From: Alphaproteobacteria bacterium
GTDB taxonomy: Bacteria; Pseudomonadota; Alphaproteobacteria; SP197
Direction of reading: 5' to 3'
NCBI GenBank assembly: GCA_964291415.2
Contig: OZ219917.1
Coordinates: 320,001-384,000 of the forward strand
Length of the DNA stretch: 64,000 nucleotides
Position numbers and translations under genes: made by a program. The notes under the pieces were generated by a model. It searched no databases. It saw only the letters and a list, made by a program, of their open reading frames with translations, and had not been told where the DNA came from. Shown piece by piece: positions 53,155 to 62,101 of this stretch. Each line of letters begins with the position of its first letter. Positions within the stretch are counted from its first letter, which is position 1.

Positions 53155-54228
53155 ATGAGCAGCACAGGCTATCCGGACTGGGAGACCTTCATGGCGACAA
53201 GTTTCGCCGGCAGGAGAGAGTTCCCGCTTGTCGCGCCGGAGACGCCCTCGTTCATGTCGCGCCCCGTGGCCAGGGCGCCGGATGATCTTGAAGGTGCGGA
53301 CGTGGTCATCATCGGTGCCCCCTATGTCGCTGCCGAGGATGGCAAGTATGCCGGTGTCGCCATGGAGGAATGGATCGAGGCGCCCAAGCGGGTCCGCCAG
53401 CAGTCGGCACGCTACCCTGGCGGCTACATCCAGGATTTCGACCTGGAACTCTTCGATCACATCACCATGGTCGACTACGGCGATGCGGACATTCCGCCGG
53501 ACGTCATGGAGAACCAGACGCCCGAACGCATCCTTGCCGCGCAGGAGGCCGTGGAGGTGAAATGCCGGGACGCCTTGCGAGCCGGAGCGGTTCCGGTGGT
53601 GATCGGGCAGAACAGCCCCTGCGGCAGCTATGCCATTGCCAAGGCCTGCGCCGAACACACCGAGGGCGCGGTGGGCTGTGTCAGTCTCGATACGCACTGG
53701 GACGCCCAGCCTGTCGACTACCTGACCGGCGATCCGCGGATAGCGGGCGCGGCGTCCTGGAAACACAAGATGTACGAGTTTCTCGACAACATGCATCCCC
53801 GCAATCTTGTCGAGATCGGCGAACGCGGCATGCTGGAGACAAGCGACATCGTTCGCCGCTATCTCGATGACGGCGCCCGCTTCATCTCGTCGTGGGAACT
53901 GCGCACAAGCCTGGGGATCGAGGGATGTGTTCGGGATCTTGATCGCGCCTGGGATGGCACCCGGGGCGTCTACGCCCACTTCGACATGGATGTCATGGGT
54001 GGCGCCGGACCGGCGCCCGGAGACATCCTCGGCGAACTGGTGGAACCCATCGCCATGACCGACTACGAAGTCATACGCATTGCCCACGAGATCGGCCGGC
54101 GTGGCGTGACAGGTTTCAGCTTCATCTGCATTCCGCCAGGCTCGGCCGCCGTCTACCGGGTCATCGTCTACATCATCGTCTACCTGGCTGCAGGTCTTGC
54201 CCTGCGCAAGCTGGGACGGGGCGCCTGA
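53155..54228 (+). CDS. Ureohydrolase (arginase/agmatinase family), atypical
   Basis: IIGAPY, VDYGD, SLDTHWDA (DxHxD), EIGER, HFDMDVM (DxD). The GGDH motif is replaced by GQNS. Confidence 0.82.
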   Translation: MSSTGYPDWETFMATSFAGRREFPLVAPETPSFMSRPVARAPDDLEGADVVIIGAPYVAAEDGKYAGVAMEEWIEAPKRVRQQSARYPGGYIQDFDLELFDHITMVDYGDADIPPDVMENQTPERILAAQEAVEVKCRDALRAGAVPVVIGQNSPCGSYAIAKACAEHTEGAVGCVSLDTHWDAQPVDYLTGDPRIAGAASWKHKMYEFLDNMHPRNLVEIGERGMLETSDIVRRYLDDGARFISSWELRTSLGIEGCVRDLDRAWDGTRGVYAHFDMDVMGGAGPAPGDILGELVEPIAMTDYEVIRIAHEIGRRGVTGFSFICIPPGSAAVYRVIVYIIVYLAAGLALRKLGRGA

Positions 54229-54229
54229 C

Positions 54230-55990
54230 ATGAGCGAAACCCGCGTCACCGGAGTCCGTTTCGAACCCGAAGACAGGCCCCCGCTTCTTCTGACGATCGG
54301 CCTTGGAGCCCAGTTCGCGATCATCGTGGTGACCGGCATCGTCCTGACGCCGGCAATCGTCGTCAGGGCTGCCGGAGGCAGCGAAGCCTTCCTTGTCTGG
54401 GCCGCGTTCGCCGCCCTTGTCGTGAGTGGCCTGACAACCATTCTCCAGGCCCGCAGGATCGGTCCGTTCGGCGCCGGCTACATTCTCGTCATGGGAACCT
54501 CCGGCGCCTTCATTGCCGTGTGCGTCACGGCTCTTGCCGAAGGCGGCCCTGGCATGCTGGCGACACTCGTCTTCCTGTCATCCCTGGTCCAGTTCACGCT
54601 GGCCAGGCGTCTGTCGATCCTGCGCCGGATCCTGACGCCGGCGGTGACAGGGACCGTCATCATGATGATTCCAGTGACCGTCATGCCCATCGTGTTCGAC
54701 ATGCTGGCGAATGTTCCCGAGCAAGTGGAGCCGCTGGCCCCTCCGCTGGTGGCAGGCGTGACGCTCGCCGTCATTCTCGCCATCGCCTTTGGCTCACGTT
54801 CCAGCCTGCGCCTGTGGGCGCCCATCATCGGTATTGTTGTTGGTTGCGGCATCGCCGCATGGTTTGGTCTCTACGACACGGCCCGGGTTGCCGCCGCCGG
54901 CTGGATCGGCATTCCGGATGGCGGCTGGCCGGGGTTCAATCTTGATTTCGGACCGACGTTCTGGATTCTGCTGCCGGCCTTCATCTTTGTCACCTATGTC
55001 GGCGCCATCGAGACCATAGGCGATTCCGTCGCCATCCAGTCGGTCTCGTGGAAGCGCCGGCGGGCCATCGACTACAAGGTGGTTCAGGGCGCCGTTTCGG
55101 CCGACGGGGTGGGCAATTTCCTTTCAGGACTCGCCGGGACGATTCCCAACACGACCTATTCTACGAGCATCGCGGTCGTCGAACTGACCGGCATCGCGTC
55201 GCGCAGGGTCGGGGTCTGTGTCGGCCTGGTTCTCCTGATCGTCGCCTTCGTGCCGAAGTTTGCGGCCCTCGTGCTGGCGATTCCGGCGGCAGTAGCGGCG
55301 GCCTACGTGATTGTTCTTCTCGGTCTTCTCTTTGTCGCGGGCATGCGCCTCGTGATCAGCGACGGCATGGATTATCGCAAGAGTCTGATGGTCGGCACGG
55401 CATTCTGGATCGGCACCGGCTTTCAGCACGGTGTCGTCTTTCCGGATCTTCTGGGCCCCTGGGTGGGCAGTCTCGTCGGCAACGGCATGACCGCCGGAGG
55501 TATCACGGCTGTCGTGCTGACGGTGTGTCTCAACCTGATGTCGCCCAAGAGTGTGGTGCTCAAGACAACAGCGGGCGCCGGAGCAGCAGAGGAGATATCC
55601 AGTTTCCTCGGGAAGGTGGGCTCGAGATACGGATGGACCGGGATACAGACAGACCGCCTCATCCTGGTTGGCGACGAGATGGCTGCGACCCTGATGGTTG
55701 CCGATGACGACGGTGAAGCACGACGGATCGTGGTCAAGGCGCGCAGCGAGGGCTCGTCCATCGAGCTTGAGTTCGTGACGTCAGGCAGCGACGGCAACAT
55801 CGAGGACGAGATCATGTTGCTGGGCGAGCAGCCCGTCAGCACCATCGTCGAGAGAGAACTTTCGCTGCGCCTCTTGCGGCACTACGCGTCGTCGGTCCAC
55901 CACCAGAGCTTCACCGATGCTGATATCCTGACGGCACGCGTCGAGCGTCCCGAGCAGGGGACATCCAAATCGCGGCCGTCCATCGAGTGA
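54230..55990 (+). CDS. NCS2 (xanthine/uracil/ascorbate) permease with a soluble C-terminal extension
   Basis: SGLTTILQA, TPAVTGTVIM, IETIGD, ADGVGN, PNTTYST, TGIASRRVG, FVPKFAA, then about 140 aa of soluble domain. Confidence 0.88.
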   Translation: MSETRVTGVRFEPEDRPPLLLTIGLGAQFAIIVVTGIVLTPAIVVRAAGGSEAFLVWAAFAALVVSGLTTILQARRIGPFGAGYILVMGTSGAFIAVCVTALAEGGPGMLATLVFLSSLVQFTLARRLSILRRILTPAVTGTVIMMIPVTVMPIVFDMLANVPEQVEPLAPPLVAGVTLAVILAIAFGSRSSLRLWAPIIGIVVGCGIAAWFGLYDTARVAAAGWIGIPDGGWPGFNLDFGPTFWILLPAFIFVTYVGAIETIGDSVAIQSVSWKRRRAIDYKVVQGAVSADGVGNFLSGLAGTIPNTTYSTSIAVVELTGIASRRVGVCVGLVLLIVAFVPKFAALVLAIPAAVAAAYVIVLLGLLFVAGMRLVISDGMDYRKSLMVGTAFWIGTGFQHGVVFPDLLGPWVGSLVGNGMTAGGITAVVLTVCLNLMSPKSVVLKTTAGAGAAEEISSFLGKVGSRYGWTGIQTDRLILVGDEMAATLMVADDDGEARRIVVKARSEGSSIELEFVTSGSDGNIEDEIMLLGEQPVSTIVERELSLRLLRHYASSVHHQSFTDADILTARVERPEQGTSKSRPSIE

Positions 55991-57231
55991 AAACGATCGT
56001 GCATGACCTTGCACCGGAGGCAACGGCAACGAGGGAGATCCAAGGAATGACCGTTCCCCTGAAACCGAACGAAGCCCGGCAACTGTTGCCGAAGCAGTGC
56101 TACTACTCCGGCGACTGGTTCGAACGGGAACACCAGGAGCTGTTCAGCCGCTCCTGGACCTTTGCCTGCACGGTCCAGGACGTGCCGCATGCCGGTGACT
56201 ACAAGGCGGTCCAGATCAACCGCTATCCCATGATTGTCGTGCGCACGAAGGATGGTTCCCTGCGCACCTATCACAACACGTGCCGACACCGGGGAACGCA
56301 GATTTTCGAGGAAGGGAAGGGCAACTGCCGCCACGGCATCGTCTGCCCCTACCATGCCTGGACCTACAACATCGACGACGGCAGTCTGCGCGGACTGCCG
56401 AAGAAGGACCTCTGCTTTGCCGGCATGAACCTGGCGGACTGGCCGCTGCACGCCGGGAGTGTCGGCACCATCGGTGATCTCGTGTTCGTCAATCCGATGG
56501 CTCAACCCGACGAAGACTTCGACACCTGGATCGGTTCCATGCCGACGACCCACATGTGGCCGCATTCACTGGAAGGGTTGTCCGAGAAACGCCCGGTACG
56601 CTACGACATCCACTGCAACTGGAAGGTGTTCTGCGAAAACGCGATGGATGGCTATCACCTGAGCTATCTCCACGACAGGACGCTCATGGGTCCCGACGTG
56701 GAGGATCAGGACTGGGACGCGGTTCACCGTCACTGGATCTCCATAGGCTTTGGAGAGAATCCGTCCCGGGAGAACTCGCACCATGCCACCATACCCGGAA
56801 CGGCGATGTCGGGACGGCGCCCCGTCGTCTGGCAGTTCTTTCCCAACTCAGGGGTCCTGGCGACGTCGATCTTCTTTTCGGCCTACGTGATCGTTCCGGT
56901 AGGCCCGGAGCGCTGCTACCTTGAACTGCGTACCTGGATGGCGCCGTGGGAGAAGGACGCCAAGGTGAAGAAGGAGGGACACAGAAGCGGAACCAGCGGA
57001 CATGGCCACATCATGAAGGATGGCCGGCGCTACATTTCCCTTGAAGAGCTCAGCTGTCACGCCATGGAGGCCCTCGACTTTCAGATCGAGGACATGTGGG
57101 TCGTCGAGCAGCAGCAAAAGGCCCTGCGTTCCCCGATGATGAAGACCGGTGAACTGGCCGACCACGGTGAAACCTCCCTGACCTTCTTCCAGGCCAACAT
57201 CCTCGACCTGGTGCCACTCGACCCGTCCTGA
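55987..57231 (+). CDS. Rieske non-heme iron oxygenase alpha subunit
   Basis: CRHRG...CPYHAW; NWKVFCENAMDGYHLSYLH; IEDMWVVEQQQ. Confidence 0.9.
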   Translation: MKTIVHDLAPEATATREIQGMTVPLKPNEARQLLPKQCYYSGDWFEREHQELFSRSWTFACTVQDVPHAGDYKAVQINRYPMIVVRTKDGSLRTYHNTCRHRGTQIFEEGKGNCRHGIVCPYHAWTYNIDDGSLRGLPKKDLCFAGMNLADWPLHAGSVGTIGDLVFVNPMAQPDEDFDTWIGSMPTTHMWPHSLEGLSEKRPVRYDIHCNWKVFCENAMDGYHLSYLHDRTLMGPDVEDQDWDAVHRHWISIGFGENPSRENSHHATIPGTAMSGRRPVVWQFFPNSGVLATSIFFSAYVIVPVGPERCYLELRTWMAPWEKDAKVKKEGHRSGTSGHGHIMKDGRRYISLEELSCHAMEALDFQIEDMWVVEQQQKALRSPMMKTGELADHGETSLTFFQANILDLVPLDPS

Positions 57232-57235
57232 GGCG

Positions 57236-58085
57236 TCACGGGTCGTCGGTCTTTCGGCGCAGCGGCCGGGCAAGCAGGCGCGGCCGCCCTTCCGGCACCA
57301 TCCATCTCGATGCCGGTCGTCCGCGCCTTTGCTGTCTCGTCTCCTGACGTGGCCCCGTGAGGTCCATGGACGGCTCCGAATCGGGTGAAGGCGCGCTCTC
57401 TGCGTCGTCGACCGCTCTCCGCATCACCTCTGTTGGACGGCACCGGATCGAAATCTACCGGGGACGATGCCGCGAGGGCGCCCGCACCGCCGGACGGTGC
57501 GGGTCTGAATGCGCCGCTGTCGCGCACGAACCTCTGGAAGTTCCCCGGATCGAGGGGGGTGTTCCAGATCGTCTCATAGACCTTGCGCAACTCGGCCACC
57601 GTGAAGGCCGGCGGACAGAACTGGGCGGCGATGGTCGTCGTTTCGAGTCGTGAACGGACCCGTTTCACCGCGTCGGCGACAATCTGGTCGTGGTCGAAGG
57701 CAAGGCGGAGAGCACCGCTTTCGATCCCGTCCACGGGCTCAAGACGGGCAGACGCCGCGTCGCCACCACCTCGGGGACGGGGCAGACCGGCGGTGATGGC
57801 CCAGAAGGCGACGGTCACCGTCCGCATGCGTGGATCCCGTGCCGGATCGCCATAGGCGGCGAGCTGTTCCAGGTGCCACGCGCCTTCGGCGAGACCGGTT
57901 TCTTCCTCGAGTTCGCGGGCGGCCGCCGCGTCGAGATCCTCGTCGGGACGCACGAAGCCACCCGGCAGGGCGAGTTTCCCGAGATAGGGGTTCCCGCCAC
58001 GCTCGATCAGCAGAATCTTGAAGGTGTCGTCCTCGATGGTGAAGAGCGCGATATCGACGGTGACGGCAAATGGCGGATAGTTCAC
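57236..58085 (-). CDS. nrtR: NrtR-type regulator (Nudix + winged helix), with a probable frameshift in the C-terminal part
   Basis: AVTVDIAL, ALPGGFVRPDEDLDAAAARELEEETG (Nudix box), EQLAAYGDPARDPR, LAFDHDQI, FTVAELRKVYE, NFQR. The typical GRPA wing lies in the +1 frame, which ends at 57236. Confidence 0.85.
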
Positions 58086-58117
58086 GGTATTTCCTCACTG
58101 GCCTGTCCACGTGATAT

Positions 58118-58138
58118 TTATTGTTGCAATGACAATAT
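58118..58138. promoter_or_regulatory. NrtR-type operator 1
   Basis: TTATTGT-TGCAATG-ACAATAT, a 21-bp palindrome with a GT-N7-AC core. Confidence 0.8.
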
Positions 58139-58149
58139 TATCTGCCATA

Positions 58150-58170
58150 TTATTGTCAGTGTCACAATAA
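58150..58170. promoter_or_regulatory. NrtR-type operator 2
   Basis: TTATTGT-CAGTGTC-ACAATAA, just upstream of RBS AAGGAGG and ATG 58187. Confidence 0.85.
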
Positions 58171-58186
58171 ACCGAAGGAGGCCAGC

Positions 58187-59107
58187 ATGACCATACCCAG
58201 CCTTGAAATCGCCGCCGTGGGATCCCCGATCACGCGCCTCGGTGTCTCGTTCTTCCCCGTCTACCTGCAGGACAATCCCCTTCCGGCCATCGACACCGGT
58301 GATTCATCGGGACTGATCGTCAGCGAGTTCGACGTCGCGACAGTCGGAGCGCTCAAGGTCACCAATCCAACCGACAAGCCGATCCTGATCGTCGAGGGAG
58401 AGCATTTCACCGGGGGCAAGCAGAATCGCACCATCAACGCCACCGTTCTCGTTGCGGCCGGATCCAGGCTCGACATTCCCGTATCGTGTCTGGAACAGGG
58501 CCGATGGGGCCGCCACCGGGCATGGCGCCGCGCGGAGGCCTTCGCGCCCGAGAGCATCCGCAAGAGGAAACGCGCAAGCGTCAACAGGTCCTTCAGTGTC
58601 AACCGGAACCGGATGAGCGACCAGCACGGCATCTGGGACGACATCTCGGCCATGATGCTTCGCGAAGGTGTTGCGTCACCAACGGGCGCCGCCGAGGACC
58701 TGGAAGACTCCTACCGGCGGCATCACTCCCGCCGGAAGACCGTCGAGGCCCTCGTCGAACGCGGTCCGCTTCCGGGACAGTGCGGCGTGGTCGTGGCGCA
58801 CGGCAGGGATGTCACAGCCATGGATCTCTTCGGTGCGCCGCACCTTCTCCGCAAACACTGGGGAGCGCTGGTCCGGTCGCACTTCATCGAAAACAGACCG
58901 TCCACGGGACGCCCGTCAGCCACACGTGCCCTCAGGAACATCAGGCGCCTTGGAACATCACCGGCCAAGACCGCGCCTGGCGTCGGGCTCGGCTGCGAAC
59001 ATCGGGTGACCGGGCACCGTCTGACGGGCCAGGCACTGGTCCTGAATGATGCGCTGATCCATGCCTCGTTCTCGTACGACACCACCGGGAGCGCACACCA
59101 TGGCTGA
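58187..59107 (+). CDS. DUF6569 / ARPP-1-like protein
   Basis: VGALKVTNPTDKPILIVEGEHFTGGKQNRTINATVLV...IPVSCLEQGRW, SDQHGIWD, PGQCGVVV, GVGLG; strong RBS. Confidence 0.75.
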   Translation: MTIPSLEIAAVGSPITRLGVSFFPVYLQDNPLPAIDTGDSSGLIVSEFDVATVGALKVTNPTDKPILIVEGEHFTGGKQNRTINATVLVAAGSRLDIPVSCLEQGRWGRHRAWRRAEAFAPESIRKRKRASVNRSFSVNRNRMSDQHGIWDDISAMMLREGVASPTGAAEDLEDSYRRHHSRRKTVEALVERGPLPGQCGVVVAHGRDVTAMDLFGAPHLLRKHWGALVRSHFIENRPSTGRPSATRALRNIRRLGTSPAKTAPGVGLGCEHRVTGHRLTGQALVLNDALIHASFSYDTTGSAHHG

Positions 59108-60130
59108 TGATCGCGCGCAAGGGCTGATGGTCGGACTGGCAGTCGGCAATCTTCTCGGCATCTCGACAGAGGGATGGTCAAGATCCTCGATCGCCAGGGC
59201 CTTTCCCGGAGGCATGCAGGATATTGTCGCGCGGCCCGGATTTCCCGACGACGACGATCTGGCGCAGGCCATCATCATTGCCGAGGCGGCAACGGGTGGA
59301 GACGGTCTCGACATCGACGACCTTGGCCGGCGGTTCTGGCACTGGGCGGAAGTGAATGGTGCGGGAATGGGCAGGCTGACCGGCGCTGTCTGTCGCTCTA
59401 CGGCGGCGACTATCCGCAACGGCTCGGCCGTGAACGCGAGACCGGCAAACCCCGCAAGCCGGACGGCCTGCCGATCATCGAGGCGTCGCGGAAGGGATGG
59501 AGAGGTGACCGCGCCGGGAATGGAGCACTGATGCGCACGGCACCCCTGTCGATCCTCTGGCGCGATTCAAGGGACCCGTTGGTGTGCCAGAGCGTGATCT
59601 CGGCCGTGCCGACACACTGGGACGTGCGATGCGGCTGGTCGTGCGCGATCGCCAATCTCGTCACGGCCGCGGCTCTCACCGGCGCGATCCTCGATTCGGA
59701 CATGCTGATGAGGGAAGCCGAGGCAGGCATGGCGGCATCCCTGCCGCGGCTTGAGGCCTATGGCTACGACACGCGAGCGCCGAAGAGTGTGGTGGACGCG
59801 GTTGACGAGGCGTCCGTCTCGACGCTGGATGACCTGAGATTCGACGGTCACGACATGGGATACACGCTGCTCTCTCTCCAGGCGGCGCTGATTTCCTGCT
59901 GGCGGGCGGAGAGTTTCGAACAGGGTCTGCGCCAGGTGATCGAGGCGGGCGGGGATACCGATACCAACGGCGCCATTGCCGGCGCCGTGCTTGGCGCCCG
60001 CTTCGGCCTCGCGGGCATTCCCGAACGCTGGCGTCGGCGGGAGGCCGAACTCAGAACCGGGCGCATCCGGATGGAGGACTGCGCCGACCGGTTGGTGGCC
60101 GCCCGGGAAGGGGCATCGTTGACATCCTGA
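59100..60130 (+). CDS. ADP-ribosylglycohydrolase family protein, frameshifted near 59390
   Basis: GLAVGNLLG..EG, PDDDDLAQA, then another frame: AGNGALMRTAP, TH, GGDTDTNGAIAGAVLGA..GIPERW. Confidence 0.88.
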
Positions 60131-60212
60131 CGGAACCGGGTGGGTCAAGGGGATCGGTTGCACGAGCCTGATCCAATGGTCTGGCTGTGCGCCGATCCCG
60201 AACCGGGCGTGT

Positions 60213-60713
60213 CTAGCGCTGCCAGGTACACTCCGCCCAGGTGACGTAGACCGTCTCCGTCAGGTAGTCGGTGTCGTAGGAGCATGAGCCGGTGATGCCT
60301 TCAAAACTGCCGGCGCCGCCCAGCAGCTTCAGGTCTCCCTCACCGCCTTCTTCAGCGGCGCCAGCCACACGCCGCTTGGCAACCGAGAACAGCATGTCGC
60401 CCGAGGGACTCGCGCTGGTGCAGGCCCCATCGAGTTCAGTTCCGGCGGCCGAAGTCTTTCCGGACACGATGCACGACGTCTGCATGGACCGTCCCTCGAC
60501 GAAGGGTCCGCCACTGCTCCGGACAATGGTGCTCGTGCCTTGAGAGGCTCCGCTGAAGAGCGTTCCGTCCATGTGCGTGATCCTGGCGTACTGGCTGGTC
60601 AGGCTCGTGGCAAGGGCGAAAGTGCCGGTTTCTGCAGCGGCCGGGCCCTGGCCAGCCTGCAGAAGCCCGACGGCGACGACCAGCCCCAATGCCCGTCTCT
60701 TATCGAATGTCAT
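60213..60713 (-). CDS. Secreted hypothetical protein, probably beta-rich
   Basis: Signal peptide; alternating small and hydrophobic residues, four Cys, GGAGSFEGITG motif. Confidence 0.6.
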   Translation of the reverse strand: MTFDKRRALGLVVAVGLLQAGQGPAAAETGTFALATSLTSQYARITHMDGTLFSGASQGTSTIVRSSGGPFVEGRSMQTSCIVSGKTSAAGTELDGACTSASPSGDMLFSVAKRRVAGAAEEGGEGDLKLLGGAGSFEGITGSCSYDTDYLTETVYVTWAECTWQR

Positions 60714-60971
60714 GGCGTTCTTCCCCGTCTTTTCGAGATGGCAAATGCAGTCCCCAAAGTGTCAACAAAGAACGGGCTCAACAACAGGAATCTAGTCATC
60801 TCCACCCACCAGACTGGCCAGGCGGCACGTCGGCAAACTCGCAACGCATCACGGCCCTCACCCGCGCCGGACGCGACGACGTTGCCAGGGTTGTGATCCG
60901 GGCGTCCGCCGGTCATGCTCCATGGGGGTCCTGCCGGGTCCGCATGGCATGCCAGGGGAAGGAGGTGCGAG

Positions 60972-61805
60972 TTGGCGTCGTACACGAAGCCTGCGCAGTG
61001 GGATGATCCGCGCAACAAGCTCTTTCCTCATCAGGTCGTCTTCACCTGTCCGCCCAGGGACTTCTGCGGTGGGCCGACGGACTTCGTGCGCATGGCGCCG
61101 GATACGGTTGGAGTCCATGGCCGCATGCTCCACATACCCGACTACGAACGCCGTCTTGAACAGCGCCTGCAGAACTTCGCGCTGCTCGAGGAGGTGGTGG
61201 AGTGCGCGGCGAACGCCGGCGCGGACGTCTGCGCCCAGGTTGGCTCGAACTGGGTCCATGCCTCGAACCTGGGGGTCGAGGGCATCCGCCGCTACATTGA
61301 ACGGCTGAGCGAGACTTATGCGACCGCGTTTCACATGGCGGGTTACGCCATGGTCGAAGCCCTGCGCGCGGCCAACGTCGAGAAAGTGGCGCTCAATGCC
61401 GTCTATCACTGGCCCGACTGGTGGGGCGGCACCGTGGGCTTTCTGCGCGAGGCCGGCTTCGACGTCGTGTGGGCCGGCAACTTCGTCGACCAGGGCTGGT
61501 TCGCCAGCCAGGAGGAGGTCAACGCCCAGATGTTCTGTTTCGACGAGGAGCTGGCGCAAAAGTCCATGGCCTGGGTTGCCGACAAGGCACCCCACGTCGA
61601 TGCCTACCTCGCCAACGGCACCGCCCATTTCCGGCGCGCATCTGACGGCGTGACCCGGAGATTCTGTGGTCTGGCGCCCGAACTCGAGGCCATGCTCGGA
61701 AAGCCTGTGATCACGCACGACATCGCACTCCACTGGCGCGTCTTCAAGACGCTCGGCGTGGCCCCGGTGACAAGGCAGGGCAGTCTGCTCGCCTCCCTGC
61801 AGTAG
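60972..61805 (+). CDS. Arylmalonate decarboxylase / maleate isomerase-like protein (Asp/Glu racemase fold)
   Basis: APDTVGVHGRML, EALRAANVEKVAL, FLREAGFDVV, LEAMLGKPVITHDIALHW, GSLL. TTG start after AGGAGG. Confidence 0.72.
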   Translation: MASYTKPAQWDDPRNKLFPHQVVFTCPPRDFCGGPTDFVRMAPDTVGVHGRMLHIPDYERRLEQRLQNFALLEEVVECAANAGADVCAQVGSNWVHASNLGVEGIRRYIERLSETYATAFHMAGYAMVEALRAANVEKVALNAVYHWPDWWGGTVGFLREAGFDVVWAGNFVDQGWFASQEEVNAQMFCFDEELAQKSMAWVADKAPHVDAYLANGTAHFRRASDGVTRRFCGLAPELEAMLGKPVITHDIALHWRVFKTLGVAPVTRQGSLLASLQ

Positions 61806-61958
61806 TCGATAGCGGCAGCTCGCGCCAGCGATGATCGGGCTGCCCCTTCACGGGTCGTCGTTGCGCACACATCCGCCGACAGAACTGTCACGCCTGACGA
61901 CAACCGGTGATGGCGCGGCTTGGCGCGTGATTTCCCTGAGTTTTCACAACACGGCTGT

Positions 61959-61980
61959 CGTACAACGATGTTGTTGTACG
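61959..61980. repeat. Inverted repeat between convergent genes
   Basis: CGTACAAC-gatgtt-GTTGTACG. Confidence 0.45.
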
Positions 61981-62101
61981 TTCTTTCGCTGACTGTGACG
62001 CCGGTCTGAAGCGCTTCCCTTCAAGAGTTGCCGGTATCGTGATCGGGACTCTCGGCGGCCAGGCGGGCAAGCCGCCTCGGGCGTCCTTCCTTCGGTGGGC
62101 G

